Below the pieces are notes generated by a model, which worked only from the letters and a program-made list of their open reading frames with translations, was not told the DNA's origin and searched no databases. Shown here one piece after another: positions 35,982 through 45,325 of a stretch of 64,000 nucleotides of DNA (position 1 is the stretch's first letter; each line of letters begins with the position of its first letter). This DNA is from a virus, in IMG/VR virus record IMGVR_UViG_3300045886_000052, positions 4,080 through 68,079 of that record; one strand, 5' to 3'. A program made the position numbers and the translations under genes.

Positions 35982-36400
35982 CCGACCGTATCACCACAAC
36001 CGAATACCGCAACCTGCGGCGCGCGTCCGAGTCGCGGCTTGAGTTCACTATCCCCGGCCTGCGCGTCGTCAGCGAAGCCAACCTGCGCGACTCATGGCCT
36101 GCGCGGTTCCGTCGCAAGAGAGCGCAGCAATTTGAGGTCCACGCCGAATGGAAGCGGAACGCGCGCGGCGTCAAGATTACTCTTCCCTGCGTCGTGCGAT
36201 TGACTCGCATTGGCCCGCAGCGGCTCGATGACGACAACCTCGGCTCTGCGTTCAAGGGGGTTAGGGATCAGATCGCCAAAGAGATAGGCGTCGATGACGG
36301 CAGCGACCGGATCAAGTTCGAGTATGCGCAGTTGGCGGTGGGCAAAAGAATGTATGGGGTGCAGGTGCAAATTTATTGCGGGGAAACAAGCCAGTGCTAA
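35978..36400 (+). CDS. RusA-like Holliday junction resolvase
   Basis: RLDDDNL..AFK.VRD...GVDDG. Confidence 0.7.
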   Translation: MTDRITTTEYRNLRRASESRLEFTIPGLRVVSEANLRDSWPARFRRKRAQQFEVHAEWKRNARGVKITLPCVVRLTRIGPQRLDDDNLGSAFKGVRDQIAKEIGVDDGSDRIKFEYAQLAVGKRMYGVQVQIYCGETSQC

Positions 36401-37380
36401 ATGCGCCATTTCCATATTTCGGAGGCAAGTCGCGCGCGGCTGAACTGATCTGGTCGCGATTCGGTAGAGTCGTCAATTACGTCGAGCCCTTCTTTGGTTC
36501 CGGCGCTGTCCTTCTTGGCCGTCCGCGTCCGTTCGCAGGCGTGGAGACGGTCAACGATATAGACGGGCTGCTTGCGAACTTCTGGCGGGCGTTACAGCGC
36601 GATCCTGAAGCGGTCGCATTCCACGCCGACAACCCGGTAAATGAAAACGACCTGCACGCGCGCCATATCCGGCTCGTCGAGAACCGCGAAACAACCTCGC
36701 GCAGGCTTGACGGCGACCCGGATTACTTCGACGCCAAACTTGCGGGTTGGTGGGTTTGGGGTATTGCGTGCTGGATCGGCTCCGGCTGGTGCAGCGGCAG
36801 CGGCCCCTGGCGCGCAGTCGAAGACGCCGAAGGCTTTCGCCAGCTAGTCCACCTTGGCGATCAGGGACGGGGCGTGAACCGCCAGCTAGTCCACCTTGGC
36901 AATCAGGGCCAGGGCGTGAACCGCAAGCGAGTCGAGTTGATCGAATATTTTTCAGAACTTGCCGACCGCCTGCGCGAAGTGCGCGTCTGCTGCGGCGATT
37001 GGCGGCGCGTCACCGGGCCGAGTGTGACGACGAAGCATGGCCTAACCGCAATGTTGCTCGACCCGCCATATGCTGACACCGCCGGGCGGCAGGCGGAACT
37101 CTACGCAAAAGATTGCCTGCGGATCGCGCACGAGGTTCGAGAGTGGGCGATTGCGAACGGCGACGACCCGCTTATGCGCATCGCGCTTTGCGGATACGAA
37201 GGCGAGCACGACATGCCCGGCAGTTGGGAATGCGCCGAATGGCATGCGCGCGGCGGCTATGATGGACAGAGCAAAGATAAATCCACAATCGGACAGAACC
37301 GAGCGAAAGAGCGGGTGTGGTTTTCGCCATATTGCATACAGGAAACGCTGCCGCTTTTTATGGAGGCAACCAATGGATGA
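36394..37380 (+). CDS. Dam-like (D12 class) DNA adenine methyltransferase
   Basis: PFPYFGGKS, YVEPFFGSGAV, ETVND, LDPPY. Confidence 0.9.
   Translation: MLNAPFPYFGGKSRAAELIWSRFGRVVNYVEPFFGSGAVLLGRPRPFAGVETVNDIDGLLANFWRALQRDPEAVAFHADNPVNENDLHARHIRLVENRETTSRRLDGDPDYFDAKLAGWWVWGIACWIGSGWCSGSGPWRAVEDAEGFRQLVHLGDQGRGVNRQLVHLGNQGQGVNRKRVELIEYFSELADRLREVRVCCGDWRRVTGPSVTTKHGLTAMLLDPPYADTAGRQAELYAKDCLRIAHEVREWAIANGDDPLMRIALCGYEGEHDMPGSWECAEWHARGGYDGQSKDKSTIGQNRAKERVWFSPYCIQETLPLFMEATNG
36838..36921 (+). repeat. 42-bp in-frame tandem repeat x2 inside the Dam-like gene
   Basis: RQLVHLGDQGRGVN / RQLVHLGNQGQGVN. Confidence 0.9.
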
Positions 37381-37609
37381 CGTAATTATTTTCCTATTCT
37401 TCCTTCTCGCCGTCGTCGTCGTCGTCTCGATGGTCGTCGCCGCCTACCGTGGCGGCAGGAAAGAGGGCTACGAAGAGGGCGTCGCGTTCGGGATCTTGTC
37501 CGAGCGGCTGCGGCGGCTCGAACTGGAGCGCGAAGTGGAGGACAAAATGGTAAGGCGGGCGATGCGGGGCGAGGAAGACGAGTTTTCAGAGACGGAGATT
37601 GACGCCTGA
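37373..37609 (+). CDS. Single-TM small protein
   Basis: GGAGG RBS; hydrophobic N-terminus. Confidence 0.55.
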   Translation: MDDVIIFLFFLLAVVVVVSMVVAAYRGGRKEGYEEGVAFGILSERLRRLELEREVEDKMVRRAMRGEEDEFSETEIDA

Positions 37610-37648
37610 TATGGCGCTTTGCAGTGTTGCGGATTATTGGAGGAGGTA

Positions 37649-37948
37649 ATGGGAAAGCATTGGAGGAGTCGAGGCATTGATGACGCATCGGAGTGGCTCT
37701 ACAAGAATCTTTTGGAGAGACAGGGCGGCGCATGTATCTGCGGAAAACCCGCGATGCCGGACGGGGAGACGCTGGTGCTTGATCACAGTCACCGAACAGG
37801 AAAGGCGCGCGCCGTGCTTTGCATTCCTTGCAATCTAAATTTAGGGCGCATTGAACATGGTAAGACAAACGCAGTTTTTAACTCGGGATGGTCATATTTT
37901 GAAAAGCGCGAGGTAGACCCGGAGATAGTCGAGTCTCTGATTGACTAG
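37649..37948 (+). CDS. Endonuclease VII-like protein
   Basis: QGGACICG...LDHSH.TGKARAVLCIPCN..LG. Confidence 0.8.
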   Translation: MGKHWRSRGIDDASEWLYKNLLERQGGACICGKPAMPDGETLVLDHSHRTGKARAVLCIPCNLNLGRIEHGKTNAVFNSGWSYFEKREVDPEIVESLID

Positions 37949-38058
37949 CCTCCGCCTCAATGCCCATTGCTGAGCCACAGAGGGCGCTGGCTGAACGAAC
38001 GGCGTCTGGGGCGGGGGATGGTATGCCGAAATCGGCGGCGGGCTTCTATGGCGAAATT

Positions 38059-38712
38059 ATGACGAAAGGCAAACCGAGACTTTTAGACCTCTTTTGCGGC
38101 GCCGGTGGGTGTACTGCCGGATACCAGCGCGCGGGGTTCTGGGTTCGCGGCGTGGATATAAAACCGCAGCCGAGATATTGCGGGGATGAGTTCGTGCAGG
38201 CTGACGCGCTGGAATATCTGCAAGGGCTGATTGATTCGGGAGAGGTTGAAGAGTTCGACGCGATACACGCGAGCCCGCCGTGTCAGGGCTACGCGGCAAC
38301 AAAGGTGCTAAACCCAACAGAACACCCGCTGCTTCTAGAAGACACGCGCCGGCTGTGCAATGAAAGCGGCAGGTTCTACGTGCTTGAAAACGTACCGGGC
38401 GCGCCGCTGCTGAATCCTGCGCGGCTGAACGGGCAACTCTTTGGCTTAATGGTGGACAGAGAACGCTGGTTTGAGTGTGGCGGCTTTGAAGTGCCATTCG
38501 TGCTTCTGCCATCACCACGTAAGGCCGTGAAAATGGGGCGGCAAGTGCGAGAGGGCGACGTTATACAAGTCGTCGGTAATTTTAGCGGCGTTGATTACGC
38601 GCGCCGGGCAATGGGTGTTGATTGGATGGTTCGTAATGAACTCTCGCAAGCAATTCCCCCGGCCTACACCGAATTTATAGGCAAGCAACTGATTGAGGCA
38701 ATAACGCGATGA
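38059..38712 (+). CDS. Short C5-cytosine methyltransferase-like protein
   Basis: LDLFCGAGG, ASPPCQ, ENV, QAIPPAYT. Confidence 0.85.
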   Translation: MTKGKPRLLDLFCGAGGCTAGYQRAGFWVRGVDIKPQPRYCGDEFVQADALEYLQGLIDSGEVEEFDAIHASPPCQGYAATKVLNPTEHPLLLEDTRRLCNESGRFYVLENVPGAPLLNPARLNGQLFGLMVDRERWFECGGFEVPFVLLPSPRKAVKMGRQVREGDVIQVVGNFSGVDYARRAMGVDWMVRNELSQAIPPAYTEFIGKQLIEAITR

Positions 38713-39071
38713 ACGACGCGAAACCCAAAACCATATTCGACGAGCGCGATCAGCTGCAACGCGACAACGAGCGGCTGCTCACAGCATTCGAGAACAAGAC
38801 GCTTGAATGCGTCGGATTGCGCAACCAGCTCGAAGCCGCGCGCAAAGAGATAGCCAACCTGGAAGCGCAGCGGAATATCTGTCTTGCCGTGGCTAACAGC
38901 GCCGAAGCCGCGCGCAAGGTAGCGGACGCGGCGGTGGCGTATTTCGAATTTTTTGGCATTCGGAAACATGTAAGACTTGGCGGCGTGCTCGCAGACGCCG
39001 TGCGCGAATACCGCAAACTGAAGGAGGCATCGAATGAGCAAGTCAAGAGAACCGAAGCTAACGCCGATTGA
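38709..39071 (+). CDS. Coiled-coil hypothetical protein
   Basis: Shares EAARKVADAAVAY and AVREYR with the next ORF. Confidence 0.55.
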   Translation: MNDAKPKTIFDERDQLQRDNERLLTAFENKTLECVGLRNQLEAARKEIANLEAQRNICLAVANSAEAARKVADAAVAYFEFFGIRKHVRLGGVLADAVREYRKLKEASNEQVKRTEANAD

Positions 39072-39354
39072 ACAGCAAGCGGAAGAGATAGTTCGCTCGA
39101 TGGTTCCGCAAAGCTGGAACGAGAGCATTGAGACTGTCGCCAATCTTCTGCGCGAACACGAAGCCGCGCGCAAGGTGGCGGACGCGGCGGTTGCGTATTG
39201 GGACGTTGACGACGGGACTGCCGAATGGGACGCGCTGGCATTCAACGCGCTTGAAACCGCCGTCCGCGAATACCGCGCGCTCACCGAACCGCCGCCGCTG
39301 GAGGCGCGCATCGAGGCGGCGATCGAGAAGGCCGCGCCGGGATGGGGGGAGTGA
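39034..39354 (+). CDS. Hypothetical protein, partial paralogue of the previous ORF
   Basis: GGAGG RBS; shared motifs. Confidence 0.55.
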   Translation: MSKSREPKLTPIEQQAEEIVRSMVPQSWNESIETVANLLREHEAARKVADAAVAYWDVDDGTAEWDALAFNALETAVREYRALTEPPPLEARIEAAIEKAAPGWGE

Positions 39355-39409
39355 GCAGCAAGGCGGCGACGGCGCCGTAATTATTAACCAAGCAACAAAG
39401 GAGACTTGA

Positions 39410-40021
39410 ATGCTTAAAACGGTTGAAGTGACTTTGGTCGGGAAAACCCCATTGCTACTAAGTTCTCCGGCGACAATGCTGATGGATACAGACGCAGAGC
39501 CGGCAGCGACGAAGAAGGCAAAGAAACTTACGCGCGAACAGGAAGCGGAATTGCGAGCCTATCGCAACGACAAGGGGCATTTAGTGTTCCCGCTGATGGG
39601 GATTCGCAAAAATCTGATTCTCGGCTGCGCCGGCTACAAACTGCCAAAGAAGCGAGAGGGTATCAGTTCATACCTGATGCACATTCGCCCAGTTTCAATC
39701 AACGGCTCAACAGAGGAATTCACGCCGATCCTGAACGGCAAAGGCAAGCCGATCACCAACTACATTATTGACACGCGGCGGGCGGTCAATCGCAATTCAA
39801 AACCGCCGGCGGGGATCATTGTCCATAGGCCACGGGTTGACGAATGGCAGATCGTCGCGCGGTTCTTCTATGACCCGGAAGCGATCCCGGTTGATGACCC
39901 GGTTGCGGTGTTGATGCAGATGTGGAGCAACGGCGGAAACCGCGTGGGCATTGGCAGTTTCAGGCCGCAGTGTCAGGGGTATTTCGGGTTATTCGACGTG
40001 AAAGAGATCATTGAAGTTTAG
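39410..40021 (+). CDS. Stand-alone Cas7/RAMP-like protein (203 aa)
   Basis: N-terminal VEVTLVGKTPLLL, GHLVFPLMGIRKNL, C-terminal Gly-rich loop GGNRVGIGSFRP..QGYFGLFDV; AAGGAG RBS. Confidence 0.7.
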   Translation: MLKTVEVTLVGKTPLLLSSPATMLMDTDAEPAATKKAKKLTREQEAELRAYRNDKGHLVFPLMGIRKNLILGCAGYKLPKKREGISSYLMHIRPVSINGSTEEFTPILNGKGKPITNYIIDTRRAVNRNSKPPAGIIVHRPRVDEWQIVARFFYDPEAIPVDDPVAVLMQMWSNGGNRVGIGSFRPQCQGYFGLFDVKEIIEV

Positions 40022-40027
40022 ATTCAT

Positions 40028-40271
40028 CGCGTTGCTACGTGGCGCGAGGCCACGCCTCGCATCGCGGCGCTTCGCTCTGTGATGCATAGCGCAATCTCAA
40101 CAATTGCCGGTGAGGGCTTATGGCCCGATCCGGGAGTCGTTGAGGCTCCGAACGCGGCGAGGCGGCGCAACGCGCGCCGAGGTTTTGCCTTGTGACGCGG
40201 AGCACAGCATAGAGCAATCTTCAACGATTGCCGGTGAGAAGTCGTCAGGCTTCAATCCGGGAGTTGTTGAA
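40028..40271 (+). ncRNA. Two-unit RNA array: 5-nt-periodic NGY-NN tract plus conserved hairpin
   Basis: Tract 1 40028-40092 (13/13 NGY), hairpin 40096-40144; tract 2 40156-40215 (10/12 NGY), hairpin 40220-40271 with compensatory changes. Confidence 0.75.
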
Positions 40272-40286
40272 ACAGAAAGGAGAATT

Positions 40287-40973
40287 ATGATCCAGGAAGT
40301 CGAAGTCGCAAACTTGATTTTAGATTACAACATTTATCCGCGAACCGCCGTTCAGGATGTCCACGTTAGATCGATGATCGAAGCGGGCGAGTCGGGCGTC
40401 ACGTTTCCGCCTATTCTCGTTGATCACAAATCAATGCGAATCGTTGATGGTTTTCATCGCTACGCTCGCGCAATCAAGATCGGCCAGAAAACGATTCAAG
40501 CCGAATTGCGCACATTCAAGAATGAGCAGGAAATCTTTGAGGCGGCCGTAGCGGCGAACGCCAACCACGGGAGACCCTACGCCCCTTTTGACCGGGCGCG
40601 GATTATTTCCATCGGCCTGCAACTGAAAGTATCAAAGCAGAAACTTGCCGCCGCGCTCAGCATGCCGGTTAGCCGAGTGGAAGAAATCCGCCTCAGTTTC
40701 GCAAAGGTTGGCAGGGATGATGAGCCGACAGAGCCGCTGAAGATGACGATTCGCAATCAGTTTCAGGGCAAGCGACTGACGCACGCACAGGCGCAGGCGC
40801 AGCGCAAGCTCGGCGGACAGCAGGCCACGTTCTACGCGAATCAACTCGTGATTCTGATCGAGAATGATCTATTGAACGTGAAGAACCCGAATATTCTGGC
40901 GACGATGCATAAACTGGCATCGTTGATTCTGGATCGAGTTCCGATGCCGGAGACAATGAAAGACGCGGCTTAA
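40287..40973 (+). CDS. ParB/Srx N-terminal domain protein
   Basis: IYPR...FPPILVD...IVDGFHR...N..HG; AAAGGAG RBS before ATG 40287. Confidence 0.8.
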   Translation: MIQEVEVANLILDYNIYPRTAVQDVHVRSMIEAGESGVTFPPILVDHKSMRIVDGFHRYARAIKIGQKTIQAELRTFKNEQEIFEAAVAANANHGRPYAPFDRARIISIGLQLKVSKQKLAAALSMPVSRVEEIRLSFAKVGRDDEPTEPLKMTIRNQFQGKRLTHAQAQAQRKLGGQQATFYANQLVILIENDLLNVKNPNILATMHKLASLILDRVPMPETMKDAA

Positions 40974-40981
40974 AGGAGTGA

Positions 40982-41212
40982 ATGACCCCTTCGCGTGACC
41001 AACAACCCGACTTCATCCCCGTCCGTTGTCCGCACTGCAACGCGAAGTTATTCAGCGTCGCGCGGACCGCGTACAGTTTCGCCGTGCGCATCAAATGCCG
41101 GCGCTGCACGAGTCGCCGTCACGTCCCGGTGTATCTACTACTTACTATTTCGCTTGAACCGCTGCTATCACCAGATATAGACTTGGTGACTGAAAATTCT
41201 GCGTGCGCATAA
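40982..41212 (+). CDS. Com-like Zn-ribbon regulator
   Basis: VRCPHCNAKLF...IKCRRC; AAGGAG RBS. Confidence 0.65.
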   Translation: MTPSRDQQPDFIPVRCPHCNAKLFSVARTAYSFAVRIKCRRCTSRRHVPVYLLLTISLEPLLSPDIDLVTENSACA

Positions 41213-41268
41213 TTCGCGCCTTCGACCGCTACGGATCGTTGGCGCTTTTTGTTTGTTATCCCCTAATT

Positions 41269-41457
41269 ATGATTGATCTGCTCGGTTTAATTTGTTTGGT
41301 AATTTTGCAAGGGCTTCACGTTTATCGCGATCATATGAAATTCAAAGCTCACGCGAACGAGATCAAGGACTTGAAGCGCCGGCAGGATTGCTGCGATCAG
41401 GGGAAGGGCGATGGTGATCAAAACTGCATTCCTGCTTCGCGGGTGAAGCAAACATAA
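41269..41457 (+). CDS. Small TM protein
   Basis: N-terminal hydrophobic helix. Confidence 0.4.
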   Translation: MIDLLGLICLVILQGLHVYRDHMKFKAHANEIKDLKRRQDCCDQGKGDGDQNCIPASRVKQT

Positions 41458-41554
41458 ACCTATGGTTTTTCCCCTTCCCCCCGGAAAGGCGCCAATGAGG
41501 GCATTAATGGCTCGAAACGGGAGCGGCACCGCGCCGTTCCTATTACACCTAAAC

Positions 41555-41872
41555 ATGGCTGAAGAGAGAGATTTTTGGCAGCAATTCAACCGACAAACCG
41601 CGACCCTCGCGCGAATAGACGAACGACAAACCACGATGTCGCGCGACATCACGCGGTTGCTCGACGCCGACGCCACGTTCCAGGCGCAGCGCGAAGCCGA
41701 TCGCGAGTGGAAAAGAAAGATCGAGGAACGATTACAAGCTATCGAAGCCTCCGGCATTACCGCATGGTCGTGGCGAAAACTCACGCAGGCTGTCGCGCTC
41801 ATTTCCGCCGCCGCCGTCCTGCTTGCATTTATCTTTGAATTCGCTCGATGGTTTGCGGCGCACTGGAAGTAG
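41555..41872 (+). CDS. Holin/XhlA-like protein
   Basis: LARIDERQ coiled coil plus C-terminal TM segment. Confidence 0.5.
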   Translation: MAEERDFWQQFNRQTATLARIDERQTTMSRDITRLLDADATFQAQREADREWKRKIEERLQAIEASGITAWSWRKLTQAVALISAAAVLLAFIFEFARWFAAHWK

Positions 41873-41874
41873 CG

Positions 41875-42345
41875 ATGATCGAAATAGCGATCACTATTTT
41901 TGAACTTAACCGAATCGCCGAGGCGATTGAAAAACTGGCGTTGATCCAGTCCGCCGCGCGATTCACTTACACACTAACGTTTGGAGAGAACCTAATGGCT
42001 GTATACAAAAGTGACAGGCCCGATTTTGATTTTATGGTCGCCATCGCCGCGACTGACAGCGAAGGCAACGTCATTGCCGACGCCCCGGTTCCCGCCGGCC
42101 ATACGCTCAGCGTCATGAGCGACAACCCGGCGGCTTTCAGCGTCACGCAGGACCCGCTCAATCCAAAGCTCGTTCATGCCCACGTCGGCGGCCCCAACTC
42201 GGACGGCACGCCGAGCCAGTCGAACGTCACGGCGAATCTGACCGACCCGGCCAACAACCTCGTGGCGACCGGCGCCGCGCAGGTCACGGTCACGGTCGGC
42301 GACCCGGCTTTGATAACCGCGATCACGCTCAATCTGCCGGAGTAA
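41875..42345 (+). CDS. Ig-like domain protein (possible internal start at 41995)
   Basis: AATDSEGN...SDNPAAFSV beta-rich pattern. Confidence 0.55.
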   Translation: MIEIAITIFELNRIAEAIEKLALIQSAARFTYTLTFGENLMAVYKSDRPDFDFMVAIAATDSEGNVIADAPVPAGHTLSVMSDNPAAFSVTQDPLNPKLVHAHVGGPNSDGTPSQSNVTANLTDPANNLVATGAAQVTVTVGDPALITAITLNLPE

Positions 42346-42349
42346 CTGA

Positions 42350-42772
42350 ATGCAAATACTTAACTATCTGCGCGAGAACCGCGCGAAACTGATCCGCGCG
42401 TTCATAATCGCCGCCGGCGCGCTGCTGTTCGCCCTGCTGATCTGGTGCGCCGCCGAATACGTGGCGAGCGCGAGATCGGCAAGGAAAATAGCAGCGGCCG
42501 AAGCGGTCGAGCGCGAGGCCTCGGCAAGAGCTAAAAGCCTGGAAGCGGAAGCCAACGAACTCAAAGCCGCCAAGGAAGCGCTGGAGATCGAACTGCGCGA
42601 ACTCGAAAGCCGCGCCGCCAACGCTGAAGACGCGCTACGCAATGCGCGCGGGAAAGTCGTAACACTCAAGGAAGAATATGAAACCATTCGTTATAGGGAT
42701 GTTCCTACTGATCCTGTGTCCGTCGTGGACATTTGCGGGAAACTTTCAGGACTTGGTTATTCCTGCGAATAA
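42350..42772 (+). CDS. Rz/i-spanin-like protein
   Basis: N-terminal TM plus long coiled coil and C-terminal Cys. Confidence 0.5.
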   Translation: MQILNYLRENRAKLIRAFIIAAGALLFALLIWCAAEYVASARSARKIAAAEAVEREASARAKSLEAEANELKAAKEALEIELRELESRAANAEDALRNARGKVVTLKEEYETIRYRDVPTDPVSVVDICGKLSGLGYSCE

Positions 42773-43133
42773 AGCGCCGACCTGCGAAGGGCTCGCGCGA
42801 GCCTGCAACGCAGCCGCCGATGAACTGATCGCGGCGCGCAAGCTGATCGTCGGCTACGAAAATGAGATCGTCGCTCACGACGCCAGGATCGAGATCGCGC
42901 GCAAGGAAATCGCAACGCTGAAGTCTATCGGTGCGCTCGAAGCGGAACGCGCCGCGAAACTCGAAGCCGTAATCGCCGCCGAGCGTGAGGCGAAAGAAGC
43001 TCTGCGCGCGAAGATCGATCTGCAGGAAAAGCGGATTGCCAAACTTGAAAAGAGCGCCGGACGCTGGCGCAGGTTCGCGCTGATTACGGGCGTCGCGGCG
43101 GGCGTCGCGATCCTCGTTGGCGCAAGGAAGTGA
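42678..43133 (+). CDS. Overlapping spanin-partner-like protein
   Basis: Signal peptide, coiled coil, C-terminal TM; overlaps the previous gene. Confidence 0.5.
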   Translation: MKPFVIGMFLLILCPSWTFAGNFQDLVIPANKAPTCEGLARACNAAADELIAARKLIVGYENEIVAHDARIEIARKEIATLKSIGALEAERAAKLEAVIAAEREAKEALRAKIDLQEKRIAKLEKSAGRWRRFALITGVAAGVAILVGARK

Positions 43134-43230
43134 GCGATCGGACAGACGCTCATTCGTGGGTAGGGGAGTGAGGAATTCGGGGCAACTTTCAAACGTCCTT
43201 ATCCGCCCCACGTAACAACAAAGGAAAACC

Positions 43231-43800
43231 ATGAAAGCATTTCTGAAATTACTTTTTCGACCAATCTATCGAATGGGGCTGCGCGACGCGGCGCAAATCG
43301 CGCAGGACTATGGCTATGACATAGTTGGCAAACCGGATCATCCTGAGCCGCTGCGCGCCAAAGCTTACAGCCACACCGCGCAGATGGTTGCGGCTACGAA
43401 TATCGCCAGTTTGATCCGCCATCGCGCGCTGCCGAGACCTTTATGGCCGGTCTCGCTCAAGTGGCGATGGCGCGAACGGGATTACGCTAAACGCTATCAG
43501 CAACGGACGCACATTTGCGATGGCGCGAACGGACAACGGAACGCTGGTCGAGTTGTACACCTGTGGGCGCTGAAAGTCGTATTCGGTCTATTCCTCGTTG
43601 CCGCGATTGCGACCGTCACGACGTATTCACAGGACAATGGCCAGGACACCGGGAGGCTGTCGTTCATTTATCTGCGCACCGACATCCTCTTCCGCAACGG
43701 CCAGTACATGGGCATGGGTTCCGGCGTCGAGAACCGCAACGGCTTTGCCGCGGAAGCTGACGTGAAAGTGTTCGGGCGCAAAGGCTTCCGTGCGTCTTGA
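43231..43800 (+). CDS. Hypothetical protein, possibly chimeric or truncated
   Basis: AAGGA RBS; internal signal-like segment followed by beta-strand-like sequence. Confidence 0.45.
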   Translation: MKAFLKLLFRPIYRMGLRDAAQIAQDYGYDIVGKPDHPEPLRAKAYSHTAQMVAATNIASLIRHRALPRPLWPVSLKWRWRERDYAKRYQQRTHICDGANGQRNAGRVVHLWALKVVFGLFLVAAIATVTTYSQDNGQDTGRLSFIYLRTDILFRNGQYMGMGSGVENRNGFAAEADVKVFGRKGFRAS

Positions 43801-43979
43801 TTGAACAATCGCAAAATAATTCATCCGCCCTTATAAAGGGAGTGACGGCAAGCGCCGCCACTTAGTTCTTTAAGCGTAACTACCGGCTTTGGGCTGTTTA
43901 TGCTAGTCGGTAGAAAATCCGATAAGGGAAGGGCGCCGGGGGTACGTCAATACCAGCGCCCGACCCGCACAAGGAATAA

Positions 43980-44645
43980 ATGAAACGAATTCTTCTCTTT
44001 ATCATCGTGGCGCTGGCGGCAGTTACCGCCGAGGCGCAGGTCAATACGTTCTTTGAAGCCGGACTTGCGGGAAGCTACGGCTCGAACAGTCGCCAAAAGT
44101 CTTTCCCCGAAGTCTATGGCGCCGCCGGGCTGAAGTTCGCCGAGTTTCGTGGCGCAACCGTACAGGCTCGCGTCCGCGGCATCTGGTCCGAAGCCGCGCA
44201 GTATGCCGACCTCTTCACGCGCGACGATAACCCGGAACGAAAAGCGAGTAGCCAATTGATTCTCGGCTTCGGGTTGCGCGCGAATCTTTCGACGGAGAGC
44301 TTTTTCAAGCCGTTCGTTGAAGGCGGCAGCGAATACACGCGGCACTTCGGTTTGCCGAGCGAGCCCCATCACGCGCTCAGTCCCACGCTGACTTTCGGAA
44401 CCCGCATTGGTTACGGTTACGAGTTGACATATACCCGACTGTTCGAGGATCGGCTCGGTTATTCCCGCCTGCGCGGAGATCGTCTGGCAGCGTCGTATTC
44501 GATTAAGCTCGCCGGCAAGTTTCATTTCAAATTCGGCGCCGAGGGTGATTACGTGAGCTTCCGCGCGTGCTCGGATAAGGACTGCGATCACTATCGCGAG
44601 CATGACTACGTTGTAAGACCGTTCGCGGCGATTTCGATTTATTGA
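43980..44645 (+). CDS. Outer-membrane beta-barrel-like protein
   Basis: Signal peptide ending AEA-Q; amphipathic strands; C-terminal aromatic residue (FAAISIY). Confidence 0.65.
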   Translation: MKRILLFIIVALAAVTAEAQVNTFFEAGLAGSYGSNSRQKSFPEVYGAAGLKFAEFRGATVQARVRGIWSEAAQYADLFTRDDNPERKASSQLILGFGLRANLSTESFFKPFVEGGSEYTRHFGLPSEPHHALSPTLTFGTRIGYGYELTYTRLFEDRLGYSRLRGDRLAASYSIKLAGKFHFKFGAEGDYVSFRACSDKDCDHYREHDYVVRPFAAISIY

Positions 44646-45325
44646 TGAAGAAGAAGGCGACCGGAACAGAAAAAAACGACCTCTATAGAGACAGACTTAT
44701 AGAGGTCAAAACGATGCGCGCCGGCGATGTGGCGCCGCATCCGAACAATCCGCGACTTCATCCGCCGGCGCAGCTCGATCCATTGCGAGGACTGCTCGAA
44801 GCGGTCGGAAAGGCCGGAACGCTAAGCGCCTATTACTCAAAGCGAAACGGCGGCAAGCTGACCTATTGGGACGGACATGGAAGAAGGGATTTAGGGCCGG
44901 GCGAACTCTGGCACGTGGCGATTTACGACCTGACCGACGAAGAGGTCGATCTGCTTCTCGTTTCCCATGATGAAATTACCCTGCTGGCCGAGAGGGACGC
45001 GCGGTTGCAATCGCAATTGCTCGCCGGCCTGGAAGCCGAAGATCAGGCGCTCGACGCGCTGCTCGATCAATTGAGACTGGACGCGCAGGCCGCTGTCGAT
45101 GGCGATAACGGCGAAACGAATGAGACCGGCGCGGGGCGATTGACCGCCGGCAAAAACCAAACCGTCAAGGCCGTGATAGTGGCCAAGCAGGCGGCGATTA
45201 TCGAAGCTGCGTTGATGGAAACCGGGTTGAGAAATCGCGGCGAAGCGCTGACCGAGATTTGCCGGGAGTATTTGCTTGCAAAAGGACAACTCGACATTTT
45301 TGAGCAAGAAGAAATTGCGGCATGA
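44645..45325 (+). CDS. ParB-N-like protein
   Basis: PHPNNPRLHP...WDGHGR. Confidence 0.65.
   Translation: MKKKATGTEKNDLYRDRLIEVKTMRAGDVAPHPNNPRLHPPAQLDPLRGLLEAVGKAGTLSAYYSKRNGGKLTYWDGHGRRDLGPGELWHVAIYDLTDEEVDLLLVSHDEITLLAERDARLQSQLLAGLEAEDQALDALLDQLRLDAQAAVDGDNGETNETGAGRLTAGKNQTVKAVIVAKQAAIIEAALMETGLRNRGEALTEICREYLLAKGQLDIFEQEEIAA

Noticed and set aside
38900-39280. Duplicated EAARKVADAAVAY/AVREYR segments in adjacent ORFs
   Set aside because: Best explained as an ordinary local duplication; no further structure seen.
40104-40286. N-terminal extension of the ParB ORF and the minus-strand ORFs 40024-40224 and 40035-40217
   Set aside because: The strong RBS is at ATG 40287; the Arg/Ala-rich translations are by-products of the 5-nt periodic tract.
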